From Acidimicrobiales bacterium (GTDB taxonomy: Bacteria > Actinomycetota > Acidimicrobiia > Acidimicrobiales > JAHWKP01): 64,000 bases of DNA. The notes below the pieces were generated by a model that saw nothing but the letters and a program-made list of their open reading frames with translations, ran no database searches and was not told the DNA's origin. Where the stretch lies: the NCBI GenBank assembly GCA_035526705.1, contig DATLBX010000056.1:1703-65702 (forward strand). The letters run 5' to 3'. The position numbers were made by a program, and so were the translations under genes. The stretch's first letter is position 1; each line of letters starts with the position of its first letter. This document shows positions 26,734-37,411 of the stretch, piece after piece.

Positions 26734-28090
26734 CGGCCTCATCCTCGCGTACCAGGCCGAGAACTTCCGCCAAATGCGTCTCACATTCAGCCTGGTCGGA
26801 CGCTTCGAGATTCAGGCGGAGCAGCGGCTCGGTGTTCGAGGCGCGCAGGTTGAACCACCATGAGCCCGCGTCGACGGTCAGACCGTCGAGGCGATCTTGA
26901 GATCGGTTCGCGTACTGGGCCGCGACCCGCTCGATCGTTGCCTGAGGGTCGGAGACCCGGGTGTTGATCTCGCCGGACGCGCTGTAGCGCTCGTAAGGCT
27001 TGCGCAGCTCCGACAGTGGTCGACCGGTTTCGGCCATCAGGCCGAGCACGAGGACCGAAGTGATGAGCCCCGAGTCCGCCCGGTAGTTGTCCCGGAAGTA
27101 GTAGTGGGCCGAGTGCTCCCCGCCGAACACGGCGTTGGTTTCCGCCATGACCTGTTTGATGAACGAGTGCCCGACGCGGCTGCGGATCGGCTCGCCCCCA
27201 CATTCGGCGATGACCTCGGGCACCGCTCTCGAGCAGATCAGGTTGTAGACGACGGCCGCTCCCGGCGCGTTGCGGAGGAGCAATTCGGCGAGCATGCAGG
27301 TGACGGTCGAACCGGACAGGACGCTGCCCGTTTCATCGACTACGACGGCGCGATCCGCGTCGCCGTCGAAACCGAGCCCCATGTCGGCACCCTGCTGCAC
27401 GACGCGCTTTCGCAGATCGCTCAGGTTCTCGAGCACGGTGGGGTCGGCCGGATGATTGGGAAACGTGCCGTCCAACTCGGGATACATCAGCTCGAGGTCC
27501 GCAGGCAGCCCTTCGAAAGCCGCGGGCACAACGAGACCACCCATGCCGTTGGCCACGTCCGCGATCACGCTCAACCGGGTCGCGGATCCGAGCGCAGCCG
27601 AGTCGATGAACGACCGAATGTGCTCGGCATAGTCGCCGATCAGGTCTCGCTTGGTGATCTTGCCGGGCAGCGCCGCGGCCGCGCCTGCGTCGTCGGACTC
27701 GACCATCGCCCGGATGTCGCGCAGGCCGGACTCCTCGCCCACAGGCGCGGCACCCTCGCGGCAGAGCTTGATCCCCTGGTACTGGGCCGGGTTGTGGCTC
27801 GCCGTGAACATGGCGCCGGGCGCGTCCAGCTTGCCCGCCGCGAAGTAGAGGAGGTCCGTAGACGCCAACCCAAGGTCGACCACGTCTACTCCCTGACGAT
27901 TGACGCCCTCGGCGAAGGCCGCCACCAGTTCCTCCCCGGATGGCCGCATGTCGCGTGCAACCAACACGCGGGACGCCCGGGTCAGGCGAGCGAACGCGCT
28001 GCCGATCTTGCGACAGACGTCGGCGTCTATGTGATCCGGATAAATACCCCGGATGTCGTATGCCTTGAAGATGAGATCGAGGTCCGCCAC
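26723..28090 (-). CDS. manB: Phosphomannomutase/phosphoglucomutase
   Basis: Active-site loop TASHNPAQYQG and Mg loop GFDGDADR. 455 aa, GTG start. Confidence 0.9.
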   Translation of the reverse strand: MADLDLIFKAYDIRGIYPDHIDADVCRKIGSAFARLTRASRVLVARDMRPSGEELVAAFAEGVNRQGVDVVDLGLASTDLLYFAAGKLDAPGAMFTASHNPAQYQGIKLCREGAAPVGEESGLRDIRAMVESDDAGAAAALPGKITKRDLIGDYAEHIRSFIDSAALGSATRLSVIADVANGMGGLVVPAAFEGLPADLELMYPELDGTFPNHPADPTVLENLSDLRKRVVQQGADMGLGFDGDADRAVVVDETGSVLSGSTVTCMLAELLLRNAPGAAVVYNLICSRAVPEVIAECGGEPIRSRVGHSFIKQVMAETNAVFGGEHSAHYYFRDNYRADSGLITSVLVLGLMAETGRPLSELRKPYERYSASGEINTRVSDPQATIERVAAQYANRSQDRLDGLTVDAGSWWFNLRASNTEPLLRLNLEASDQAECETHLAEVLGLVREDEADGT

Positions 28091-28144
28091 GGCGTGAGCC
28101 TAGGAGTTAGCGGCTCGTCCACCTTCGGCTGTGAGAGGGCAGGA

Positions 28145-28879
28145 TCAGAGCTGTACGCCACCGAGCCCGTAGCCGCCTCGGCGCATGCGCCTCCTGATTC
28201 GCAGCAGGTCGAGCACGGCAGAGACCTGGCCGCGCAAGTGCACCGTCGTCTCATCGCGGTTGTCCAGCTGCACCGGAAGCTCCGCGACCTCGAAGCCGAG
28301 CGCCTCGGCGGCCAGGAAGAGTTCGACGTCGAAGGAGAAGCCGTCCTGTCGCACGCGATCGAAGATGGCTTCGGCCGCGGTCGCGTCGAAAGCCTTTAGC
28401 CCGCACTGTGTATCGCGCCAGACGCCCACAGCCAACCGGGTCGCCACGTTGAACAGACGACTGTTCAGCTTGCGAATTCCGAGCCGCCGTGTCGAGGCCG
28501 TCGATCCGGTTGACCAGCGACTGCCGACCACCATCGACGCCCCGGCTTCCACCCTCTCCATCAGCCGCGCCATCTGGCCGGGCGGGTAGGCGAGGTCCAC
28601 GTCGGTGAAGGCGACGGTCCGACCGGTGGCGGCACCTATACCGGCTTTGACGGTCGCCCCCTTTCCGAGGTTCCGCGCGTTGACGACCACTCGGTCGGCG
28701 CCCGCGTCGCGCGCTTCTTCAACGGTGCCGTCGGTTGAGCCATCGTCGGCCACGACAATCTCCAGCTCGCCACTTTCCGCGAGGTGCCCGAGCTCGCGGC
28801 GGACACGGCGCACGCTTTCTCCCACCCAACCTTCGGCCTCGAAGGCGGGCAGGACGACCGAAAGGCGAGGCTTGCTCAA
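28145..28879 (-). CDS. Family 2 glycosyltransferase, polyprenyl/dolichyl-phosphate glycosyl synthase-like
   Basis: GT2 motifs VVLPAFEAE, ADDGSTDGT and FTDVDLAY. 244 aa, TTG start, soluble size class like Ppm1/ALG5-type enzymes. Confidence 0.8.
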   Translation of the reverse strand: MSKPRLSVVLPAFEAEGWVGESVRRVRRELGHLAESGELEIVVADDGSTDGTVEEARDAGADRVVVNARNLGKGATVKAGIGAATGRTVAFTDVDLAYPPGQMARLMERVEAGASMVVGSRWSTGSTASTRRLGIRKLNSRLFNVATRLAVGVWRDTQCGLKAFDATAAEAIFDRVRQDGFSFDVELFLAAEALGFEVAELPVQLDNRDETTVHLRGQVSAVLDLLRIRRRMRRGGYGLGGVQL

Positions 28880-28899
28880 CTTCGGTTCTGCGTACGCGC

Positions 28900-31242
28900 T
28901 CAGCGCGGCTCAGACGGCGAGGTCCGCGGCGCCACCCGGTAGGGAACCGCCCCGCGGCGCCGCAGCGTGAGCAGGCCGACGACACCGATTCCCGAGACAA
29001 TCCACCCGAGTGCGTCGATCGGAGTTTGTCCGTAGGTGAGCGTGACTTCACTCTCGGTGGGCACGACGACCATGAGATTCGGCGTCACGCGGAATGGCCC
29101 CTCGGCTCCGGCGGCTTTCCAGTTCGGGAAGTACGACGCTCGGACGAGCACCGGCGACCCGGGCTTGTCGACGTGGAACGCGATGCGATCAGGAGCGATC
29201 TGCACGGCGCTCACCCGTGCGGGGCGCACCGCGGACCGCGGCGGGTCGTCGAGCGACTCGCGGGGGACGCGGGCCCACTCCTGCGGACCATCGGCGGCGA
29301 TCGGAACGTCCCACCGCGATCGGTCCTGGTACCACTCCACTGCCGCGTCCTGCCATCCGCGACCGCCCTTGGCAAGGTCGGTTGCCACGATCGGCTCGTT
29401 ATCGAGCCCGTCGACAAGAGCCGCGTTCTCGACCTCGTATATCTCCCATGTGCGCTCCTTGGGACCGTCGTCGTAATTGACGGTCCAGGGTCCGGACGAC
29501 GCGATACGCGTCAGCTCGGGATGAGCGGAGGCCGCGGCGATCGCCTCCGGCGAGACCGCCATGTAGTACTTGACGCCCATCAGCTGGAGGTGCGCGACGC
29601 CGTTGTCCAGATCCAGTGACCGGTACGGCAGGTCGCGCTGCGCGCGGGAAGGCGTCTGGCTCAACTCCGACTGATTGAGGAAGTGGTACGGCACCGACGC
29701 CGCCGACTCGAAGAAGAGTCCCTCCATGGAACCGATGCAACCGTCAGTCCACATCGGCAACAGCATGAGCGCCATCGGCGTTCCCAGTCGGTCGAGTTGC
29801 GGCTCGTACTCCCACATCGCCCGGCCGCAGCCCCGGTCCTCGCCGACTTGTCTCATGGTCAGAACGAGGTCGTCGTATTCCGGGAAGGCGGGCTTGCGTT
29901 CGTATCCGGAGTAGTTCCAGGCGATCCAATCCGGCACGAAGCTGTGGTCCTCGGATTTCACCGGCCACCAGCTCGGCAACGCGCCGAGCGGCAGAGCCAA
30001 AAGAGCGACCGCGGCGATCAGCGATACCAGGGGCGCGCCGATTTCGGCTCGATCCGCGTGCGGCGCGGCCAGCAGTGGCCGGATCTGGCCGGCTTGTCCT
30101 GCACCGACGGTGCTCAGCCGCCGATACGCGCCCGCTTCTGCGAAGAGGTGCGACGCCTCCGCGATGGCGATACCGGCCAGGAGGTAGAGGCACAGGAACC
30201 AGAACGGGAGAATGCGGGCGTTCCACAGCCGCGTCTGCGGCGCGACGACGAACGCGGTCCCGCACATGGCGGACAGGACCAGGAGGAATGTCCCCGTCCG
30301 GCGTCGCCGGGCTACCGACAGCAGCGCCCCGATCAGAGCGAGCGCCGGCACCCATCGCACCTCCGAAGGAAAGAGGTCCTGACGATAAGTAGTGATCTTC
30401 TCCCAGCCCATGTCGTTCATGTAGGGCAGGCGCAGGACGAAGGGAACGGTCCAGAGCCCCGCGAGCGCGGCCCCGACGAGCCCTGTCGGAAGTAGCCAGC
30501 GCAGGCGCGCCCGGTCCGCTCGAAAAGCGAAGAGCAAGAGAGCCGCCACGGCCGCGAAGACCGCGGGGATGACGTGGGAAAGGATGGTCGCAGCCAGCAG
30601 CATCGCCGCCGTGGCTCGGTGCGTGCCGGCGTCGAGGCCCTTGGCGACAACGCCGAGGAAGAGCAGGGCGAATGCCAGGGCGATCGAGAACGAGTACTCC
30701 CCAGCGAGGGTCGAAGCGACGTTGCCACCGTAAATGGTGAAGGTGCGGTCGAAGAGGAAGGGCAACGTGGCGACGGCCAGACACGCCGGTCCCGGGAACC
30801 GCATTCCGGCGAGCCGGCCGAACGCCCATGCGGCGATCGGCATGGCAAGCAAGCCGGAGACGCTGACCAGCTTGAAGGCGATGCCGTAAGGCAGGAGCAC
30901 ATCGGCCGCCACGATCAGGAGCGCGGGTAACGGGAAATAGAACGTGAGCGCCGGGAATCCCGCGTACCAGTCCGGGGTCCAGCCCGTGACGCGGCCCTTG
31001 GTCAGAAGGTGATCGCGTAAGAAGTCGGGCAGCCATACGTGCGCGCCCATGTCGCCGCCCGCCGGCGTGGTCGAGGCGAACAACAGGTCGGGGCGGAGCT
31101 GCCAGAAGACGAAGGCCACGCATCCCGTCACCGCGATGAGGGTTGCCAGCGCCGAAGGAGAGGCCTCGCGCAGCCGCGATACCGCCGCGGGGAGCGGCGC
31201 AGTACGCCCTTCCCTGGCTGGCGCGGTGACCGGGGCCGTCAT
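28900..31242 (-). CDS. Large polytopic membrane protein, putative GT-C-fold glycosyltransferase with C-terminal extracytoplasmic domain
   Basis: 780 aa. About 10 or more N-terminal TM segments, an early loop motif GGDMGAHVW, a soluble domain of about 330 aa and a final TM. It lies 20 nt upstream of the GT2 gene. Confidence 0.55.
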   Translation of the reverse strand: MTAPVTAPAREGRTAPLPAAVSRLREASPSALATLIAVTGCVAFVFWQLRPDLLFASTTPAGGDMGAHVWLPDFLRDHLLTKGRVTGWTPDWYAGFPALTFYFPLPALLIVAADVLLPYGIAFKLVSVSGLLAMPIAAWAFGRLAGMRFPGPACLAVATLPFLFDRTFTIYGGNVASTLAGEYSFSIALAFALLFLGVVAKGLDAGTHRATAAMLLAATILSHVIPAVFAAVAALLLFAFRADRARLRWLLPTGLVGAALAGLWTVPFVLRLPYMNDMGWEKITTYRQDLFPSEVRWVPALALIGALLSVARRRRTGTFLLVLSAMCGTAFVVAPQTRLWNARILPFWFLCLYLLAGIAIAEASHLFAEAGAYRRLSTVGAGQAGQIRPLLAAPHADRAEIGAPLVSLIAAVALLALPLGALPSWWPVKSEDHSFVPDWIAWNYSGYERKPAFPEYDDLVLTMRQVGEDRGCGRAMWEYEPQLDRLGTPMALMLLPMWTDGCIGSMEGLFFESAASVPYHFLNQSELSQTPSRAQRDLPYRSLDLDNGVAHLQLMGVKYYMAVSPEAIAAASAHPELTRIASSGPWTVNYDDGPKERTWEIYEVENAALVDGLDNEPIVATDLAKGGRGWQDAAVEWYQDRSRWDVPIAADGPQEWARVPRESLDDPPRSAVRPARVSAVQIAPDRIAFHVDKPGSPVLVRASYFPNWKAAGAEGPFRVTPNLMVVVPTESEVTLTYGQTPIDALGWIVSGIGVVGLLTLRRRGAVPYRVAPRTSPSEPR

Positions 31243-31278
31243 GTTCCTATCGTGACCCGCCGAGGCCGGTTAGCTCGG

Positions 31279-31929
31279 TCAACTCGACGGAAAGAGCAGG
31301 ACCGCCATGGTGATCGCGTTGAAAGTGGCGTGGGTGACGATGGCCGGCCCCAACCGCTTCCTCCCCAGAACCAAGAGCGCGAGAACGACGCCGAGGACGA
31401 CGAAGGCGGGCATGGCCAGAAGCTGACCGAAGTGAACGAAGGCGAACGCGACCGCGCTCACCAGCACCGCGATGGCCGTGCCCAGCCGTTTGAGCGCTCC
31501 CATCAGCACGCCACGGAAGAAGATTTCCTCGACCAGGGGAGCCCCGATCACGACCAGGGCGGACAGCGCCAGCAGCCCCGCCCTGTCGGGGGCCTGCTCC
31601 GCGAGCTCGCGGGCGGGCGCGCTCAACTCCGAGTTGATCTCGGAAAAAGGCAGGTACATGACCGCCACGATGGACTGCACACCTATCCCACCCAGCAGGC
31701 CCAGCCAGAGATCGCCCCACGTGATCGACAGGCCAAAGTCCCGTCGGATCGACCCGGTGCCGCGCTTTCTCGATGCGCGAATGGCCGACCACAGCAGCCC
31801 GATCCACAGCCCGACGAGGCTGGCCGCCGTAACGGCCAACTCGGAGCCCTCACCGACAATCGTGTAGACGACGGCACCCAGGAAGGTGGAGGCGAGGATG
31901 CCCACCAGAAAGCCGATCGCCGCATCCAT
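31279..31929 (-). CDS. CPBP family intramembrane glutamic endopeptidase (CAAX protease-like)
   Basis: Motifs EEIFFRG, FAFVHF and HATFN. ATG at 31929, or GTG at 32010. The rest of the 675-aa ORF is antisense to ftsH and is rejected. Confidence 0.8.
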   Translation of the reverse strand: MDAAIGFLVGILASTFLGAVVYTIVGEGSELAVTAASLVGLWIGLLWSAIRASRKRGTGSIRRDFGLSITWGDLWLGLLGGIGVQSIVAVMYLPFSEINSELSAPARELAEQAPDRAGLLALSALVVIGAPLVEEIFFRGVLMGALKRLGTAIAVLVSAVAFAFVHFGQLLAMPAFVVLGVVLALLVLGRKRLGPAIVTHATFNAITMAVLLFPSS

Positions 31930-32070
31930 CAGCGTGGCCGGCGAGGGCGCCCCTACCGGCTCCTCGGGGCCTTCGACCGGCGGAGCAACGTCCCCCTCGA
32001 GTGGCTCCACGGCCCGAGATACTTGCCCAGGGTCCACCACCTCTGTGACACCCGTCGTTACCTTGACGTC

Positions 32071-32304
32071 ATGTCGCGACCCAGGCTGTGCGCGCGTCCC
32101 GGATGCGGTCGCCCGGCGGCGTGCACGCTCACCTACGACTACGCGGGACGCACCGCTTGGCTGCGCCCGCTTGCTCCCGAGCGCGGTGGCCCCGCGAGTG
32201 ACCTGTGTTCGGTCCATGCCGACCGCTTGCGCGCGCCGCGCGGCTGGGCGCTCGACGACCGCCGCGGTCCCGTCGTCGCGCTTCGGCCTTCCATCTCCGC
32301 CTAA
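32071..32304 (+). CDS. DUF3499 domain-containing protein
   Basis: 77 aa from the ATG at 32071: CARPGCGRPAACTLTYDY...DLCSVHADRLRAPRGW, the actinobacterial DUF3499 pattern that usually sits next to manB. Confidence 0.75.
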   Translation: MSRPRLCARPGCGRPAACTLTYDYAGRTAWLRPLAPERGGPASDLCSVHADRLRAPRGWALDDRRGPVVALRPSISA

Positions 32305-32310
32305 CCCTTC

Positions 32311-32365
32311 CGCGGGGGACCGCAGCCCTTCGCCGTTTCCAGGCGGGGGCCCGCAGCCCTTCGCC
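32311..32365 (+). repeat. Tandem direct repeat (2 units, 31-nt period) in the DUF3499-ftsH spacer, same hairpin family as the ahcY repeat
   Basis: CGCGGGGGACCGCAGCCCTTCGCC at 32311-32334 and GGCGGGGGCCCGCAGCCCTTCGCC at 32342-32365. Confidence 0.85.
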
Positions 32366-32370
32366 TTACG

Positions 32371-34443
<2,073 letters not shown>

Positions 34444-34462
34444 ATCGGACTGGGCGGCATCA

Positions 34463-34497
34463 CCCGGTTGCTGACTGGGTGAACCCACCCAGTCAGG
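34463..34497. repeat. Left copy of a 35-nt direct repeat flanking the DUF559 gene; contains the ftsH-distal hairpin
   Basis: CCCGGTTGCTGACTGGGTGAACCCACCCAGTCAGG. The embedded 11-bp stem at 34471-34496 (CTGACTGGGTG-AACC-CACCCAGTCAG) is a likely bidirectional terminator. Confidence 0.6.
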
Positions 34498-34511
34498 TGG
34501 AGGACCAGTAG

Positions 34512-35435
34512 CTACGAAACCCGCGGCACCCGCGACATCAGGACCGAGTGGACCTCTCTGGCGATCGCGAGGGGACTCGCCTCGATCTGGATGCCGGCGT
34601 ACCGGAGCAGCAGCCAGCCCACCTTGAGAATTTCGTTTTGCCGTGCGAGATCGACCGCGTGCGCGAGGCGACCCGAATGGGGATCGAACCCGTCCACCTC
34701 CAACCCGAGACGCGCCTCGGGCCAGGCTTTGTCGATAACCGCAACTCCGCCCCCGGCGAGCTTGAGCTCGAACTGCCTCACGGGAGGCGGAACCCCGACC
34801 TCCCGAAGTGCTCTCCCCAGGTCCACCTCCGATCCGCTGCCTGCGGCCCGACCGGGCTGCCGGGACTGGAGGATCCTTTGCAGAGTCGACCGCCCGGGGA
34901 CCCGGGGGTCGGTTGTCGCGACATACGCGCTGAGTGTCTCCTGAGAAGAGATCCTGCGGCGGAGGGCCGACTCCAGCGCCTTCTCAACCGTTCGCTCGCC
35001 GCAGTACCGACCTAGATCCACCAGGGTTCGAGGGATCGCGGTCACAGGAATGCCGCGGAGAGCGGTCACATCGGCGTCCGAGAGGCTTCGCGCCCGATGG
35101 CAAATGACTTCTTGACGCCGGGCTTCGCGCGTATGCGGGATCGTCACCTCGACCGGCGCGGCCTCGAGACCATCGAGCCGCCAGAGAACAGCCGCGGCCC
35201 GGTGGGAGACGACGGCCCCAGGGCCTGCGGCCAACGTCGCGGCGCGCAGACGCTGGTCCCAGTCCAGCCGAGCCGCGCCCAACTTGTAGACGCCGGCGTG
35301 AACCCGCTGCCAGTTCCCACTCGAGAGCCGGCCCTCGACTTCGGCCTCAGTCATGCCCAGTTCAAGGACCTGCCGTCGACCGATCAGGCCGTCCTGCCGC
35401 CGCGCCAACAACTGCACCTCTCGCTCCGGTTTCAT
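34512..35435 (-). CDS. DUF559 (Vsr-like endonuclease fold) protein with N-terminal AbiEi-type antitoxin-like domain
   Basis: 307 aa. The N-terminal segment LLARRQDGLIGRRQVLELGMTEAEV...GNWQRVHAGVY is the AbiEi_4 pattern. The C-terminal DUF559-like segment is LEVDGFDPH...RQNEILKVGWLLLRY. Confidence 0.7.
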   Translation of the reverse strand: MKPEREVQLLARRQDGLIGRRQVLELGMTEAEVEGRLSSGNWQRVHAGVYKLGAARLDWDQRLRAATLAAGPGAVVSHRAAAVLWRLDGLEAAPVEVTIPHTREARRQEVICHRARSLSDADVTALRGIPVTAIPRTLVDLGRYCGERTVEKALESALRRRISSQETLSAYVATTDPRVPGRSTLQRILQSRQPGRAAGSGSEVDLGRALREVGVPPPVRQFELKLAGGGVAVIDKAWPEARLGLEVDGFDPHSGRLAHAVDLARQNEILKVGWLLLRYAGIQIEASPLAIAREVHSVLMSRVPRVS

Positions 35436-35503
35436 GACGCTTCATCCAACCAGTGCCCTGTGACAATTCCCCGACCCAGCCTCCGTCCGACCGGGCGGGA
35501 TCG

Positions 35504-35538
35504 CCCGGTTAAGGGCTGGGTGAAGCCGCCCAGTCCGG
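35504..35538. repeat. Right copy of the 35-nt direct repeat flanking the DUF559 gene
   Basis: CCCGGTTAAGGGCTGGGTGAAGCCGCCCAGTCCGG matches 28 of 35 positions of the left copy and forms an imperfect hairpin after the ABC exporter stop. Confidence 0.6.
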
Positions 35539-35569
35539 CGGCTCATCAGTCGTTGGACCCGTGCCGCGC

Positions 35570-37411
35570 CTAGCGGTAGGCGCGGGCTTGCATGTTGTAG
35601 AGCTCGGCGTAGACACCGTCGGGCTTGGACACGAGCTCCTCGTGGCTGCCGGTCTCGATGATGTGACCGTCGCCGACGACGATGATCACGTCGGCCATGC
35701 GCACAGTGGAGAAACGGTGACTCACCAGCACGGTGATCGTGCCCTGCGACTCGGCGAGCGCGTTCGACGTTTCCGCGTAGCGCTCGAACAGGCGGTGTTC
35801 CGTCTCGGCATCGAGCGCCGCGGTGGGCTCATCCATGATCAGCAGAAGGGGGTCGTCGCGCATCATCGCCCGGCCGAGGGCGATCTTCTGCCACTCCCCT
35901 CCTGAGAGCTCCACGCCGCCCGCCCACTCGGCGCCCAGCTGAGTGTCCAACCCTTCCGGGAGGGCGCGCAGCACGTCGACCGAACCAGCGCGCTCCAGCG
36001 CGGCGACGGCGGCCGCATCGTCACCGAAGCGCGCCATCTCCCCCACCGTGATCGCGTCCCGCGCCTTTAGCTCGAGGCGGGCGTGGTCCTGGAAAGCAGC
36101 GCCGACACGGTTACGCCAGGAGGTCACGTCGATGGTCGACAGGTCCACGCCGTCGATCGTCACCCGGCCTTCTGTCGGCTCATAGAAGCGACAGAGAAGT
36201 TTGACCAGGGTCGTCTTCCCCGCTCCGTTCTCCCCCACCAAAGCCACCGTCGACCCCGCAGGGAGGAACAAGTCCGCGTCGCGGAGCGCCCAACCGTCCG
36301 CCCCCTTGATGCCCGGGTAGCGGAACGACACGTTCTCCACTCGGATTCCGTCGGCGATGCGATCCGGCGCGGCGACCCCGTCGCCGCGGGGCTGACGCTT
36401 CTCGTAGTCCAGGAACCAGAGCCATCGGCGCACTGCGGAGAAGGTCCAGGTGACCCAGTTGACGTTGCCCGTGAGGCCGACGAGAGACTGCATCGCCTGA
36501 CCAGCGAGCACTACCGCGAGCACCAAGTCCGGAACTCCCATGTCGCCCGAGCGAACCCGCTCGGCCACGAAGGCGATCGCGGCCACGTAACCGAGCGCGA
36601 AAACCACACGTCCGGAGGTCTGCATGAGCGCGCCCTTCACGCGGTGGTCCCGCTCCCACGCCTCCATCCCTTCGGACACCTCCCGCTGCCGGCGGATGAC
36701 TTCCGGGCCCAAGCCGAACACGCGCAGTTCCTTGGCGGGAGCCACCTTCGTGCCCAACTCGAGCCAGTCGTATACGCGCCGCCAGTCGCCCGCGTGCTCG
36801 TCCAGCACTCTCCATCGCAGGCGCTCGGCTCGATGTCCGGCGAACAACCCGGGGATGGCGAGCAAGGGCAGGAGCAGCATTGCCGGGTGCAGCCGCGCCA
36901 GCAGGATGATGCTGACCGCGACGCCGAACAGCAGCACCGCCATGTTCAAGAGCGCGGTCACCGACATCGAAAGGAGCCAGTGCTCCTGCTCGATCCGCTG
37001 GATCTTGTCGAGATTTTCCGGGCGCTCGAGATGGTCGAGCCCTGGGAGTCCGGCCATCTTCGAGAGGATGTCGCGGTCGACGAGGTGGGCCGTGCGTTCC
37101 TCGAGGATCTGCGTGACCTTCCATCCGATCTCGTCGAGCACCACCGTCGCGGCGATAGCCGCAGCCATCACCATCGCGGATATCAGCGCCTGGGAAGCGG
37201 GAGCGCCGGGGCGCGCCGCGTCGACGAGCGAGGCGAGTGCCAACGCGAAGATCGGAGGCGACGCCGCGCCGGCGAGTCGCAGGACCAAACTCAACGTGGC
37301 GCGCGCTGGGTCCGCCTTGAAGGAGATGGTCGCCACCGCGACGATCGGACGAAGCCGGTCGCCCCACGTCATTTCCCGCCAACCGCCGGGCTTGATGTCG
37401 AACTCACCCAT
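35570..37411 (-). CDS. ABC exporter, fused permease/ATP-binding subunit
   Basis: ATG at 37411 overlaps the upstream gene stop by 8 nt. Six-TM domain, then Walker A GENGAGKTT, LSGGEWQKIALGRA and LLIMDEPTAALD. Confidence 0.85.
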   Translation of the reverse strand: MGEFDIKPGGWREMTWGDRLRPIVAVATISFKADPARATLSLVLRLAGAASPPIFALALASLVDAARPGAPASQALISAMVMAAAIAATVVLDEIGWKVTQILEERTAHLVDRDILSKMAGLPGLDHLERPENLDKIQRIEQEHWLLSMSVTALLNMAVLLFGVAVSIILLARLHPAMLLLPLLAIPGLFAGHRAERLRWRVLDEHAGDWRRVYDWLELGTKVAPAKELRVFGLGPEVIRRQREVSEGMEAWERDHRVKGALMQTSGRVVFALGYVAAIAFVAERVRSGDMGVPDLVLAVVLAGQAMQSLVGLTGNVNWVTWTFSAVRRWLWFLDYEKRQPRGDGVAAPDRIADGIRVENVSFRYPGIKGADGWALRDADLFLPAGSTVALVGENGAGKTTLVKLLCRFYEPTEGRVTIDGVDLSTIDVTSWRNRVGAAFQDHARLELKARDAITVGEMARFGDDAAAVAALERAGSVDVLRALPEGLDTQLGAEWAGGVELSGGEWQKIALGRAMMRDDPLLLIMDEPTAALDAETEHRLFERYAETSNALAESQGTITVLVSHRFSTVRMADVIIVVGDGHIIETGSHEELVSKPDGVYAELYNMQARAYR

